Below are positions 37,346 to 47,550 of a stretch of 64,000 bases of DNA, piece by piece. Source of the DNA: Candidatus Omnitrophota bacterium (GTDB lineage: Bacteria; Omnitrophota; Gorgyraeia; Gygaellales; Profunditerraquicolaceae). Below the pieces are notes generated by a model. The model was not told the origin of the DNA. It was given only the letters and a program-made list of their open reading frames with translations, and ran no database searches. Where the stretch lies: contig JAZDMX010000023.1 of NCBI GenBank assembly GCA_043800555.1, forward strand, positions 9,101-73,100, read 5' to 3'. The first letter of the stretch is position 1. Each line of letters opens with the position of its first letter. The position numbers and the translations under genes are program-made.

Positions 37346-38350
37346 CTAGCCTTGCAATAATTTAAGTATCCGTTGCGCGATTTTTTGGGGCTTGTCTTTG
37401 TCTTTGATATTAACCCACTTTACGCGCTTATCTTTCCTAAACCAGGAGAGTTGCCTCTTGGCGTAATGCCGGGTATTACGCTTAATCAAACGCAAGGCTT
37501 CTTCCAGGCCATGCCTACCTTCAAAATACCCAGCCGTTTCTTTTATGCCAATTGCTGCCGAGGCAGTCCGGCTTAACTGCTTAGCGAGCAATTTCTTGGC
37601 CTCTTTTAATAATCCGGCCTTAAGCATATTGTCAACCCGGGTATCAATTCTCCTGTAGAGAGCGGCTCTATCCATATTTAAACAAAATATCTTTACGGAA
37701 TAATCATTGCTTAAGCCTTTTCGCTCTTTTTGTAATGCCGATATGGGTTTCCCGCTGGCCTCAAAAACCTCTAAAGCCCGGATAACCCGCTTGAGGTCAT
37801 TAGGATGGATCCTGCCGGCTGCGCTTTTATCAACTTTTTTTAACCGGTTATATAGATAACCTTTTCCGTATTTACGCGCCTGACCGTAAAGCTTCTTGCG
37901 CAAGGCCGGGTCGCTTTTACCTTCCTTAAAAATACCGTCAATAAGCACGGAAACATACAAACCCGTGCCGCCGCAAAAAACCGGTATTTTCCCTTTTGCG
38001 GTTAACCTATCCACAATCTCCCCGGCTTCTTTCCGGTACCTGAAAACATCATATTCCTGTTGGCAGGAGACAGAGCTGATAAAATGGTGCTTTATCTTTT
38101 TTCTTAAGGCGCTGGCGGGTTTTGAAGCGATGATATCCATGCCTTTATAAACCTGCATGGAGTCGCAAGAGAGGACATGGCTCTTAAGCCTCTTGGCCAA
38201 TGCAGCCGCTACCGCGGATTTGCCTGCGGCGGTCGGGCCTACTATAAAGATTATCTTGCCTTGGGGTTTTAGATTATTGCAACCGGAAGATGTGCCGCCA
38301 AGCGGCCTGGATTGTAAAGCCCCGGGATTAAAACGCTTCTTTAAGGGCAT
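37346..38350 (-). CDS. miaA: tRNA dimethylallyltransferase
   Basis: GPTAAGKS, SCDSMQVYKGMDI, GGTGLY, HPNDLKRVIRALEV, TRHYAKRQLSWF. Confidence 0.95.
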   Translation of the reverse strand: MPLKKRFNPGALQSRPLGGTSSGCNNLKPQGKIIFIVGPTAAGKSAVAAALAKRLKSHVLSCDSMQVYKGMDIIASKPASALRKKIKHHFISSVSCQQEYDVFRYRKEAGEIVDRLTAKGKIPVFCGGTGLYVSVLIDGIFKEGKSDPALRKKLYGQARKYGKGYLYNRLKKVDKSAAGRIHPNDLKRVIRALEVFEASGKPISALQKERKGLSNDYSVKIFCLNMDRAALYRRIDTRVDNMLKAGLLKEAKKLLAKQLSRTASAAIGIKETAGYFEGRHGLEEALRLIKRNTRHYAKRQLSWFRKDKRVKWVNIKDKDKPQKIAQRILKLLQG

Positions 38351-39192
38351 ATTTTGGTGGGATAGCCTTCTTCCCGAAGCCGCTTATTCAAGGCTTCGGA
38401 TTCCTGCCGGCTTTTTAATTTCCCGACTTTCACCCTATAGGCCTTGGCCCCTGAAGCGTTAACGCCTTCTTCAACGTAAGCAGGATAACCGCTATTTGAC
38501 AGTTTTCGCGTAAGATTACTGGCGTTATCGGGGTTGGAAAACGAACCTACCTGGACAGAATAATAAAAACCGGAGTTATCGCCCTCAACCGGGCAACTTT
38601 GCCGGATCTGGCCGGCTTCCGGAGCCAAAGGGTATTTTTCTCTTAGCCGGGATAAATAATCCCTCCCTGAATTTAAATCCCCTTTATTAAAGCCGACTTC
38701 GCTCAAACGGTAAAATATTTGCGTTTTTAGCTTCGTCCCGGGATTATTGTTAATTATGCCTTGATAGATTTCTCCGGCCTTTGTGAAATCATTCCGCAAG
38801 AAATACGTATCCCCCAAGCCCATCATCGCCTCTTCCTTGAACCTTGAGCCGCGGAATTCATGGATGATTATCTCAAAGATGTCCGAAGCGCGCAGGTAAT
38901 TACCGTCTTTTAAATAGCACAACCCCAGGATATAATAAAGTTCGTCGGAATGCGGGTCTTGGGCAATAAGCTTCTCTCCTTCGGTTATAGCAGCCCGGTA
39001 ATCTCCTTCTAAGAGGCTTACTTTCATATTATCCAAATTCAAGGCATAAGCGTAAGAGATAAAAACAAACGATAAACAACAGGCAGCTAAGAACCAACCG
39101 ATAACCGGTTGCCCTGGCTCCTTACATCCGGAGGCCGGGTTTTTGGCCTTTGGAATCATTTGGTAATCGGGATTTGGCGGCTGTTTATTCAT
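38341..39192 (-). CDS. TPR + SPOR domain protein
   Basis: TPR-like helices; C-terminal YSVQVGSFS...NA......L...GYPAY...YRVKVG. Confidence 0.85.
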   Translation of the reverse strand: MNKQPPNPDYQMIPKAKNPASGCKEPGQPVIGWFLAACCLSFVFISYAYALNLDNMKVSLLEGDYRAAITEGEKLIAQDPHSDELYYILGLCYLKDGNYLRASDIFEIIIHEFRGSRFKEEAMMGLGDTYFLRNDFTKAGEIYQGIINNNPGTKLKTQIFYRLSEVGFNKGDLNSGRDYLSRLREKYPLAPEAGQIRQSCPVEGDNSGFYYSVQVGSFSNPDNASNLTRKLSNSGYPAYVEEGVNASGAKAYRVKVGKLKSRQESEALNKRLREEGYPTKICP

Positions 39193-40331
39193 TTCTTGGA
39201 TTTCGATATTCCTTTTTGCAAATCCAGCACTAGCTTATGCCTTCTCTCCTTCTCCTGCCTGGATACCGTATCCGCCATCTTAAAGGCTGCGGTATGAGGG
39301 CGGGGAGAATATTTGAATATAAAGGCGGCGTTAAACCGGACAGATTTTACCAGGCTAAGGGTATCTTTGAAATCAGCTTCATCCTCGGCCGGGAAACCAA
39401 CGATTATATCGGTTGTCAGCGCGCCCCCCTTTACAATTTTACGATAATTATCCGCTAAATCCAAATAGTATTTTCTGGAATACCCGCGGTTCATAAGCTT
39501 CAGGATCCGGTCCGAGCCGGATTGAGCCGGCAGATGCAGGTATTTCTTCAGTTTCCCGGCGCCTGCCATAGCCTGAAACAATTCTTTCCCGGCATCTTTC
39601 GGGTGAGAAGTGATAAACCCGAATTCCTTCAAGCCCTTAATAGCGTTAACCATTTCGATAAGCTTAACGAAATCAACTCCCTGGCTCCGGAAGGAATTCA
39701 CGTTCTGGCCCAATAAAGTAAATGCGGTAATGCCCTTATCTACGGCGCTCTCTATCTCCCTGATTATATCTTCGGGCTTGCGGTGGCGTAAATTCCCGCG
39801 GCTATAAGGAACAACACAGTAAGAGCAAAAGTTAGAGCAACCTTCGGAGATGACCACAAAAGAATGGTTTTTATCCCGGTAGAAACCGGTATGGTAAATT
39901 TCTTCCGGCCTGGCATCCCCGTCAGTCTCCCATATTTTACGCTCAAAGGCCTTTTGATCCCGGGAAAGTTTTTGGATAATATGGGGTATTTTAGCGATAT
40001 CCGCCGGGCCAACCACAAAATCAATGTTCGGCGAGCGTTCAAATGCCGTGTTCTGGTAATTCTGGGCCATGCAGCCTATAAGCCCGATAAGCGGCTTATT
40101 CTTACCGGCCTTGGCGGCAACCCTGCCGATCTCTGACCAGGCCTTATCTTCCGCGTGCTGGCGCACAGAACAGGTATTAATGATTATTATGCCAGCCTTA
40201 TCCGGATCATCGCAGATCTCATACCCTGATCCCTGTAATAACCCAGCCACTACCTCGGAATCCCGGATGTTCATCTGGCACCCGAAGGTGCGGACAAAAA
40301 CTTTCTTTTTTTGTATCTCTTTATTAATCAT
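39189..40331 (-). CDS. miaB: tRNA-2-methylthio-N6-dimethylallyladenosine synthase (TRAM domain apparently absent)
   Basis: TFGCQMN, NTCSVR, GCMAQ, EGCSNFCSYCVVP, HLPAQSGS, TDIIVGFP, YSPRP. Confidence 0.93.
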   Translation of the reverse strand: MINKEIQKKKVFVRTFGCQMNIRDSEVVAGLLQGSGYEICDDPDKAGIIIINTCSVRQHAEDKAWSEIGRVAAKAGKNKPLIGLIGCMAQNYQNTAFERSPNIDFVVGPADIAKIPHIIQKLSRDQKAFERKIWETDGDARPEEIYHTGFYRDKNHSFVVISEGCSNFCSYCVVPYSRGNLRHRKPEDIIREIESAVDKGITAFTLLGQNVNSFRSQGVDFVKLIEMVNAIKGLKEFGFITSHPKDAGKELFQAMAGAGKLKKYLHLPAQSGSDRILKLMNRGYSRKYYLDLADNYRKIVKGGALTTDIIVGFPAEDEADFKDTLSLVKSVRFNAAFIFKYSPRPHTAAFKMADTVSRQEKERRHKLVLDLQKGISKSKK

Positions 40332-40408
40332 GTTGTTGTAAAGATGCTAGCGTCTCGGGGCTTTGTCACGTACGTTCATTGGTTCCATTCAAAAATAAAA
40401 CAATATCT

Positions 40409-41692
40409 TTATTCTGCATTATTGCCAATTTTAATTTCTCTAAGCACTGCTTTTACTAATTCTTTTCCTTGTAATCCACCAATTTGATGTTTTTTGATAA
40501 TTTTTTCAAGATCATATTCGTCTTTATCAATTACTATAATATTTCTCGGTAGAATTACATAATCTGGATGGTTATCTATAGCATTTGAAATTATTAAACT
40601 ATCATTAGAATATCTTCCGATAAGATTATGAATTTTTGCAGCAATAACATATCCCTTATAAGGAAACAAAAAGTCAATTTCGCCAGCTAAAATATTCCCG
40701 CCACCTTTCGAGCAATCAAAGAATGCATCTGCCTTTTCCACAGTCCAAGTTCCAGAGCCCATTAGAAGCTTATTTGGCATTAATTCAGAGAAAACTTTTA
40801 ATGCTTTTATATAATCTTTTTCTATCATTAAAATTTTGAGCATGCTGTTTGATTTCTCATAATATCGTAGATCTAGATAAAGCTTATAACAAGCCGGCTG
40901 TTCTACGGCCATTTCAGCCAAAACCCTTCGTTCCTCTGGAGACAATACTCTATGAGCAAATAAATTAGCTAGGCCTTCAGCAAAGTTTATATCATTTATA
41001 TATTTTGAATCGCTTGTTATTGGCCAATTATCGGGCAAGAGATTTGATAATGAATAATGGTGCCCTAATTCGTGTATTAATGTTACACGAAATAAAGCTT
41101 TCTCTAAATCTGTAATTTTTTCATCTGCAAGCCTAGTTTTTAGCTTATTCGAAAGTTTTTCAATTAATTCAGGACGAATTACTACATAACAACCTCCTTT
41201 GACAAGTTTAATACCCATAAACTCCAAGTCTTGCGGTAGCATACTCCAATAAGCAAGAGGCGTTTCTAAAGTAACTCGCTTTTGTTTTAATAATAGCTGT
41301 CTTATGCCTTTGTCATCTAGCCCCTGAATTTTTTTAAAGTCATTAATTCCTAATTCTATATCTTCCTTTGAATTAGTCTTTTCGTCAGTGAACAAACTAT
41401 AATCTTTTTCGTCTAAGACTAAAATAGCATATAGTGGTTGCTTAACAATGCCTAGAACCTCATTAGCATCTTCAATCTTAGGACTCAAAGGTTTAATAAT
41501 TCCCTCAACTAAATCGGCGTACTCTTTAACATTTTCTGAGTAAAGAATTTGCTGGGTACATAGGCCGGGAGTTTCTTTCTTCTGCAATTTATTATCCGCC
41601 CTCATTTGATTCCTCTCCTTCCTATGATAACCACTAGCAAGACAGCCATTTAACATCAATAAACCAACTAAAAGGCAAATTAAACTTTTCAT
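40409..41692 (-). CDS. AT-rich hypothetical lipoprotein with HExxH metalloprotease-like motif
   Basis: Lipobox LNGC; TLIHELGHHY...FAEGLA; visibly AT-rich. Confidence 0.65.
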   Translation of the reverse strand: MKSLICLLVGLLMLNGCLASGYHRKERNQMRADNKLQKKETPGLCTQQILYSENVKEYADLVEGIIKPLSPKIEDANEVLGIVKQPLYAILVLDEKDYSLFTDEKTNSKEDIELGINDFKKIQGLDDKGIRQLLLKQKRVTLETPLAYWSMLPQDLEFMGIKLVKGGCYVVIRPELIEKLSNKLKTRLADEKITDLEKALFRVTLIHELGHHYSLSNLLPDNWPITSDSKYINDINFAEGLANLFAHRVLSPEERRVLAEMAVEQPACYKLYLDLRYYEKSNSMLKILMIEKDYIKALKVFSELMPNKLLMGSGTWTVEKADAFFDCSKGGGNILAGEIDFLFPYKGYVIAAKIHNLIGRYSNDSLIISNAIDNHPDYVILPRNIIVIDKDEYDLEKIIKKHQIGGLQGKELVKAVLREIKIGNNAE

Positions 41693-41777
41693 ATTCTTAA
41701 GTTTCTAATTCTTTAACTAACTCATTTATTCGTAGTTATTTAGCTTCTTCAATATCCCCAAAATCATCACGCGGTAC

Positions 41778-41834
41778 TTACACCAACGGTCAGCCGAAAG
41801 TCCGGATGAAAACTTTTTTCTTATCTTCTTTCAT
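41778..41834 (-). repeat. Degenerate copy R1 of the miaB 5' end
   Basis: Reads MKEDKKKVFIRTFG*PLV* versus miaB QKKKVFVRTFGCQMN. Confidence 0.8.
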
Positions 41835-41844
41835 ATTTATGCCT

Positions 41845-41945
41845 TATGGTATCGTGCAAAAGTGTCTAAAACTGTATAGTAGAAGCTGTTCTATACATCT
41901 TTTGTCTGCTTCAAATATTATCTCTAGGAATCTTTCAAATTGCGT
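41845..41945 (-). pseudogene. Remnant of the 5' part of the HTH gene at 43286-43639
   Basis: Reads QFERFLEIIFEADKRCIEQ versus RYERFLEIIFEADKKCLDQ. Confidence 0.7.
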
Positions 41946-42023
41946 TATTTCTTTACAAAATCTTGCCTCGAAACAAAAACCCAGGCACTTTAAAACGCCT
42001 GGGTTAATCGATCCTGATGCCTT

Positions 42024-42419
42024 TTAAATTCCAGCTTTCTTAAAAGTGCCTTTGACGAATTCGAGATACTCAAGGCCATCCTTCTCTCCTACAAAAAATC
42101 CGCCGTCATAAAGATTAACATTTCGCTCCTGCCTCATCTTATTGCCAAGCACGAGAATATCTTCATCCTTAAGTAATTGACTCAGCTTCTCCAAAATCTT
42201 CACATGATGGCCGGCTGTGCTTCTTACTTTATAGCCTTTCTTGGCAATCAGCATAATGCCCAGCTTAATAAGGGCGTCGTAGCAGAATTTGAAAACAACG
42301 CCGGGGATATCCGACTCTTTAGCGATTTTAAGATCGTGCAAAACAGAACGCAAAAACTGATCAATCTGCTTTTATTGAAATGTTAGCTTTTGAAAATATT
42401 GGCTCTCGAAATGAATCAT
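42024..42419 (-). pseudogene. HEPN-like toxin with premature stop at codon 16
   Basis: ATG 42419 is ATGA-coupled to the MNT stop; MIHFESQYFQKLTFQ*KQIDQFLRSV...; GHH and RQERNVNLY motifs. Confidence 0.7.
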
Positions 42420-42961
42420 ACAAGCCTTACAGTTTTAGTTTTGAAGACGCTGTTTATAAAATGGCTCTTATCTTTTTTCTTTGCCTCAAATTCCTTCGGG
42501 TTTAGATTCGTCACATTAAATTCCCGGCCTGCATCTTTTTGCAGCTTAGCAATAATCCTCTGCAATTCTAAAATGGAATGTGTGCCGATAGCCAGCAGGT
42601 CGATATCGCTTGACGATCCCATTTTGTTGCTTGCGTACGAACCGAACAAATAAGCTTCTTTAATCCCTTTGATACCGCTTAACGCATCTTTGAGTTTCTT
42701 TTCTATGCCATGAGTTTTTAAGAATATCTGACGGTAATGCTCCAAAACCGGGTTATCTTTTGCAAGAAAGAAATACCTTTGTTTCCCGCGAAATTCGCTC
42801 TTGAAAAGCCCCTCTTTTTCCAATTCCTTAAGCTTGGTTTCGGTATTCTTAGGATCAATTTCTAAAATCCTGGCCAGCTCATTAATATAGACTTGAGCCT
42901 CCGGATTAAGGAAATAGTAATCCAGTAATTTTATTGCCACTTTTGAACGTAAGGATATCAT
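42416..42961 (-). CDS. wHTH + minimal nucleotidyltransferase (MNT) antitoxin
   Basis: YINELARIL...EL.KLEKEG; AYLFGSYA....SDIDLLAIG. Confidence 0.85.
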   Translation of the reverse strand: MISLRSKVAIKLLDYYFLNPEAQVYINELARILEIDPKNTETKLKELEKEGLFKSEFRGKQRYFFLAKDNPVLEHYRQIFLKTHGIEKKLKDALSGIKGIKEAYLFGSYASNKMGSSSDIDLLAIGTHSILELQRIIAKLQKDAGREFNVTNLNPKEFEAKKKDKSHFINSVFKTKTVRLV

Positions 42962-42971
42962 CTTTTCACCA

Positions 42972-43012
42972 TGGTTATGGTAATAAATTACCATAACCAA
43001 TTATTTTGTCAA
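42972..43012 (-). promoter_or_regulatory. MNT-HEPN promoter with 13-bp perfect inverted repeat operator
   Basis: TGGTTATGGTAAT-AA-ATTACCATAACCA (42972-42999); minus-strand TTGACA at 43012-43007. Confidence 0.65.
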
Positions 43013-43095
43013 GTAAATTACGGTTCAAGGCATAATCCATCAAATCCTGCTTTGTCCTTATCAATCCCTATCGCCTTTCCTAACCTTCAACAATA

Positions 43096-43209
43096 TCAAC
43101 GGGTTCTGTTTACCAGATGTTGCTCAAATACGTCAGAATAGTCGTATAATACTGCTTCCATCGGCCAGCCCAGAGTCCGAATGAAAACTTTTTTCTTATC
43201 TTCTTTCAT
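43096..43209 (-). repeat. Degenerate copy R2 of the miaB 5' end (37-aa mini-ORF)
   Basis: MKEDKKKVFIRTLGWPMEAVLYDYSDVFEQHLVNRTR*; 31 nt identical to R1 (43181-43211 = 41806-41836). Confidence 0.8.
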
Positions 43210-43285
43210 ATCAGTAGATTATAAATTCTTGCCTATGTGTCTAAAACTGTCAAAGTAGATGAATGTATACGACTATCACGCGTTT

Positions 43286-43639
43286 TTATTCAACTTTTAT
43301 CGAATTTCTCCATTCCATCAGGTTCTCGATGTCTAAAACTGTAAAAACAGGATAATTCCTGTAATCACGTCGTGGCTTACACCAGCCCTTTGCAATCCAA
43401 TAATAGATTGTCTGACGATGAACCCGTAAGATTCTCGCTGTTTGAGTTAGATTGTATCTTTTGCCCGACCGCCGTGTGAATTCTTGAAAAACTTTTGCAT
43501 CAGCTTGTTCTATCCGGTTATCAATCGCTTGTTCTTTGAGTCTTCGTTCCTCAATAAACTGGTCTAAACATTTTTTATCTGCTTCAAATATTATCTCCAG
43601 AAATCTTTCATATCGCCATTGCTCTTTGTTCCCGCTCAA
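43286..43639 (-). CDS. MerR/excisionase-like HTH protein (5' end possibly frameshifted)
   Basis: YNLTQTARILRVHRQTIYYWIAKGW..P.RDYRNY.VF. Confidence 0.7.
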   Translation of the reverse strand: MSGNKEQWRYERFLEIIFEADKKCLDQFIEERRLKEQAIDNRIEQADAKVFQEFTRRSGKRYNLTQTARILRVHRQTIYYWIAKGWCKPRRDYRNYPVFTVLDIENLMEWRNSIKVE

Positions 43640-43674
43640 ACCATTTTTTAAAACTGTTCATTAAGCACCCCCAT

Positions 43675-44042
43675 TTATTTTGAACGTTTCGCTCTCTTAG
43701 GATTCTTACCTTTTGTTATTAACTTTCGCGAAGGCCCTTCCATCTTATTGATGCGCTCAGAAAGTATTTTTACCTCTTGTTTTAACGCTTTTATTTCGTT
43801 CTCAAGGTTTTGCGTCGCTGATATTACTAAAATACTGGCCGATCCTGTATTAGTATAGGAAAAAACATAGAGAAAACACCCCGAAGTAGCCGCATAAATT
43901 CTTCCAATTCCTTATCATCTGCCTTATTAGCGGCATCTTGCCTCTGCCTGAACGAAGACAAAAAATCGATAAACTTCTTGCCCTGAACATCGGCAATAGC
44001 CTCCTTACAGGCACTTATCAATTTTTCGCTTAATTTTGACAT
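43675..44042 (-). pseudogene. Hypothetical gene probably split by a frameshift in a T6 run near 43860
   Basis: 71-aa ORF 43827-44042 continues in the -1 frame as SYTNTGSASILVISATQNLENEIKALKQEVK...KRSK* to 43675. Confidence 0.45.
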
Positions 44043-44088
44043 CTTCTTTGTCTATCTACCAAATCTCGCTTAAATACTTTACGATAGC

Positions 44089-44145
44089 CGTATAATACTG
44101 CTTCCATTGGTCAACCAAAATTTTTTATGTATACTTTTTTGACAT
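44089..44145 (-). repeat. Degenerate copy R3 of the miaB 5' end
   Basis: Reads (V)KKVYIKNFG*PMEAVLYGY; shares 19 nt with R2 (CGTATAATACTGCTTCCAT) and 16 nt with R4 (TATACTTTTTTGACAT). Confidence 0.75.
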
Positions 44146-44162
44146 AATAAGGCCACAAATCT

Positions 44163-44756
44163 CTATGATGGTTTAAGTATCCCTCCCGATACTATTAGTT
44201 TTATGCCTTCCTCCGCTGACATTTGTAAAAACTTTACCGCATTTTTGGGCACTAAGATGAAAAAGCCGCTCCACGGACTAGGGGTTGAGCCAATAAGCAC
44301 ATGCACGAGTTCCTGCCCTGTTAATTCCTGCGCCTCCCTAAACCCATCATTAGTCATAAAACCTACTGACCAAATTCCTTTTGAAGGATATTCTACCAAA
44401 ACTACCTTTTTAAACACCTTTTTATCCTTGGAAAAAATAAAAACGACTATTTGTTTAATAGGCGGATATACCTGCCGGACGCCGGGAAGCTTAAGGAACC
44501 ATCTTTCTATTAAAGGAAGCGCCTTTTTTCCCAATAGGTGAGAAACAACAAATCCTGTTAATAGAATTATTAGGATTGCTATAATGAAACCTAACCCGGG
44601 AATTGAAAAACCAAACTCTGCCTTTAAATGGCTATTGATAATTCTGCCGATGATATTATCAATCAGTCTGAAAATAATAACAAGAAGATATAGGGTGAGA
44701 AAAATCGGCAGAATAGTAAGCAATCCGGCGATAAAATATCGTTTTAATTTACTCAT
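44163..44756 (-). CDS. DUF502 family membrane protein
   Basis: YFIAGLL.ILPI.LT, IPGLG, P.VRQVY, VVLVEYP, TPSPWSGF, GIKLIVSGG. Confidence 0.88.
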   Translation of the reverse strand: MSKLKRYFIAGLLTILPIFLTLYLLVIIFRLIDNIIGRIINSHLKAEFGFSIPGLGFIIAILIILLTGFVVSHLLGKKALPLIERWFLKLPGVRQVYPPIKQIVVFIFSKDKKVFKKVVLVEYPSKGIWSVGFMTNDGFREAQELTGQELVHVLIGSTPSPWSGFFILVPKNAVKFLQMSAEEGIKLIVSGGILKPS

Positions 44757-47443
44757 GAAAAATCCTCCTTTTGTTTCCATTTCCAAGCCTCCATTGCCCA
44801 CAAAGGAAGCGAAGAGATCCCAAGCACAAGCCCCCAATCAAATAACCCCAGCGGCTCGGTCTTAAATACCTTCTGCAAAAAAGGCGTATACACTACCATC
44901 ATCTGCAAAAGAAACGACACGAAAGTCGCCAGAACTAGTTTTTTATTCGTAAACGCTCCTAATTTAAACAAGGATTCGGTCATGCTTCTGCAGTTAAAAG
45001 AATGGAATAACTGTGAGCATGCAAGCACAATAAAAGCCGCAGTCCTTGCCCGGGCAATGCCTTCTTTTTCGATGTAAAGGACAAATACAAATGCCAGTAA
45101 ACTGCAAAAGGCGATAAAAGAACCCTGCATCAACATTAACATCGCCCGTTCTTTTGTGACCACCGCTTCCGTGGATTTACGCGGAGGCCGCTTCATGATA
45201 TTGGGGTCAACAGGATCAACTCCCAAAGCGAGCGCAGGCAGCCCGTCGGTTACAAGATTAACCCATAAGATATGTATCGGCAATAACGGCGCGGGAAGCC
45301 CAATCAAAGATGATACAAACATAACCAGTATCTCACCGACGTTGCATGAAAGAAGATAGTGGATAAATTTTTTTATATTATCGTAAATACCCCTTCCCTC
45401 TTCTACTGCCGCGACAATCGAAGCAAAATTATCGTCAGTTACAACCATGTCTGATACTTCTTTAGTAACATCTGTCCCGGTAATGCCCATGGCAACACCG
45501 ATATCGGCCTCTTTGACCGCCGGAGCATCGTTAACACCGTCTCCGGTCATAGCTACGACTTCGCCATGCCTGCGCCAAGCACGCACAACCTTTAATTTAT
45601 GCTCTGGAGAAACCCTGGCATACACCGAGATATTCCTAACTTCTTTATAAAGCTCATCGTCGCTTAATTTATCCAGTTCTTCACCGCTTAATGCTAAAGA
45701 ATCATCATTAAAGAATCCAAGTGCTCGCGCAATAGCGACTGCCGTATTCTTATGATCACCGGTAATCATTACCGTTTTTATGCCAGCGGCCTTACATTCC
45801 TGTATAGCTTTTTTTACTTCCTCGCGGGGCGGGTCTATCATCGCAACTAAACCCACAAATGTAAGCTCCCTTTCGATAATCTTTGCGTCGTGCTTTTCAT
45901 GACTTTTATCCAACTCTCTATAAGCAACTGCCAGCACCCGCATCGCCTCGCCTGCCAATTCGTTATTAATCTTTCGGATACTTGCTCTATCCTGCTCGGT
46001 TAGCTTTCTAACAGCACCATTTTCTTCAATGTTGATACAATCATCTAAGAGTATATCAGGCGCACCTTTGACAAAAGCGAATGCCTGCTCGCCATGTTCC
46101 CGAATAACCGACATCTTCTTTCGGTCTGAATCAAACGGTATTTCGTCAATCAATAAAAATTCTTTCTCTAATTTCTCTTTGGTTATGCCGGTCTTACCGG
46201 CAACGGTCAAAAGAGACCCTTCGGTCGGATCCCCAATAATTTTATAGACGCCAGAATTATTAACCAACTGCGCCCCATTACACAGCACGCCATAACGTAA
46301 CGTATTCTGCAAATCAGGATAATCAGCGATCAAAATTTGGTTTTTGCTAAACAAAAACGCACCTATAGGTGCGTACCCAATGCCGGTTACTTCAAAGAGC
46401 TTGCCTCCTGTAAATATCTTTTGCACAGTCATTTCATTTTTAGTCAGGGTGCCTGTTTTATCTGAACAGATAACCGTAGCACAACCTAAGGTTTCAACAG
46501 AAGGGAGTTTACGGATAAGCGCTTGACGCCTGACCATCCGGTGGACGCCCAAGGCAAGCGCAATAGTGACTACCGCAGGCATACCTTCCGGGATAGCAGC
46601 GACCGCTAAACTTACCGACGTTAAAAACACATCCACAATCTTACCGCCCCGCAGCCATCCTAGCAGGAATACCATTCCCACCATGACAAAACATAAATAC
46701 ACAATCCACTTACCGAACTCTTCTAATTTCTTCTGTAAAGGTGTAGCCTCATGTACGATTGCCTGTACTAACCCTGCGATTTTCCCCAGCTCTGTCTGCA
46801 TTCCGGTATAAACAACGAGCGCTTTCGCTTTGCCGGATGCAACCGAAGTCCCCATATAAACCATATTTGCCCGATCAGCAAGCGGGATATCTTTTTCTTC
46901 TAAAGCGCGGGCAGTCTTTGCAACAGGCGTCGATTCCCCGGTGAGACTGGCTTCCTGCACGCCAAAATTTGCGCTAATCCAAACAAGGCGACTATCCGCA
47001 GGGACGCTGTCACCGGCTTCAATCTCAATCACATCTCCGGGAACTAACCCTGACGAAGGAACGGCTTTATGCTGACCGTCGCGGATAACTTTTGAAGAGG
47101 GGCTTGATAAACTTTTTAGAGCCGCAAGGGACTTTTCTGCGCGGTATTCCTGGATAAATCCTAAAATCGCGTTTACTATAACAATCGCAATTATGGCGAG
47201 CGAGTCTATCCATTCCTGCAGGAACCCGGAAACAAATGCCGCACCGATAAGAACCCAGACAATAAAATTATGAAATTGTTCTAAGAAAATACTTGCGGGT
47301 GAACGCCCCTTCGCTTCCCTTAATTGATTTGGACCGTACTTATCCAATCTGGTCTTTACTTCCTGGACAGAAAGACCCTGGCTTAGGTTCGCCCCTAGCA
47401 TCTCAATCGCTTCCTGAATATCCAAATGCCACCAATCGTTCAT
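44753..47443 (-). CDS. P-type cation-transporting ATPase (P2A, Ca2+-type)
   Basis: [49 protein letters not shown]. Confidence 0.95.
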   Translation of the reverse strand: MNDWWHLDIQEAIEMLGANLSQGLSVQEVKTRLDKYGPNQLREAKGRSPASIFLEQFHNFIVWVLIGAAFVSGFLQEWIDSLAIIAIVIVNAILGFIQEYRAEKSLAALKSLSSPSSKVIRDGQHKAVPSSGLVPGDVIEIEAGDSVPADSRLVWISANFGVQEASLTGESTPVAKTARALEEKDIPLADRANMVYMGTSVASGKAKALVVYTGMQTELGKIAGLVQAIVHEATPLQKKLEEFGKWIVYLCFVMVGMVFLLGWLRGGKIVDVFLTSVSLAVAAIPEGMPAVVTIALALGVHRMVRRQALIRKLPSVETLGCATVICSDKTGTLTKNEMTVQKIFTGGKLFEVTGIGYAPIGAFLFSKNQILIADYPDLQNTLRYGVLCNGAQLVNNSGVYKIIGDPTEGSLLTVAGKTGITKEKLEKEFLLIDEIPFDSDRKKMSVIREHGEQAFAFVKGAPDILLDDCINIEENGAVRKLTEQDRASIRKINNELAGEAMRVLAVAYRELDKSHEKHDAKIIERELTFVGLVAMIDPPREEVKKAIQECKAAGIKTVMITGDHKNTAVAIARALGFFNDDSLALSGEELDKLSDDELYKEVRNISVYARVSPEHKLKVVRAWRRHGEVVAMTGDGVNDAPAVKEADIGVAMGITGTDVTKEVSDMVVTDDNFASIVAAVEEGRGIYDNIKKFIHYLLSCNVGEILVMFVSSLIGLPAPLLPIHILWVNLVTDGLPALALGVDPVDPNIMKRPPRKSTEAVVTKERAMLMLMQGSFIAFCSLLAFVFVLYIEKEGIARARTAAFIVLACSQLFHSFNCRSMTESLFKLGAFTNKKLVLATFVSFLLQMMVVYTPFLQKVFKTEPLGLFDWGLVLGISSLPLWAMEAWKWKQKEDFS

Positions 47444-47498
47444 TTCTCTTCACCTTCCAAACTCACCAATGCCCCTGCTATCTTCTCCATAGTCCGTC

Positions 47499-47550
47499 TA
47501 TAGTACATCCATCGGCCAGCCAAAATTTTTAATATATACTTTTTTGACAT
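47499..47550 (-). repeat. Degenerate copy R4 of the miaB 5' end
   Basis: Reads (V)KKVYIKNFGWPMDVL*. Confidence 0.75.

Noticed and set aside
38250-39192. N-terminal extensions of MiaA and the TPR-SPOR protein as repeat-derived insertions
   Set aside because: Only weak imperfect symmetry and uncertain start codons; not supportable without alignments.
41790-44113. TGA at the MiaB Cys position in R1 and R3 as selenocysteine recoding
   Set aside because: R2 and R4 have TGG at that position and the frames end within a few codons; decay of a W codon is simpler. Genes elsewhere in the window use TGA as stop.
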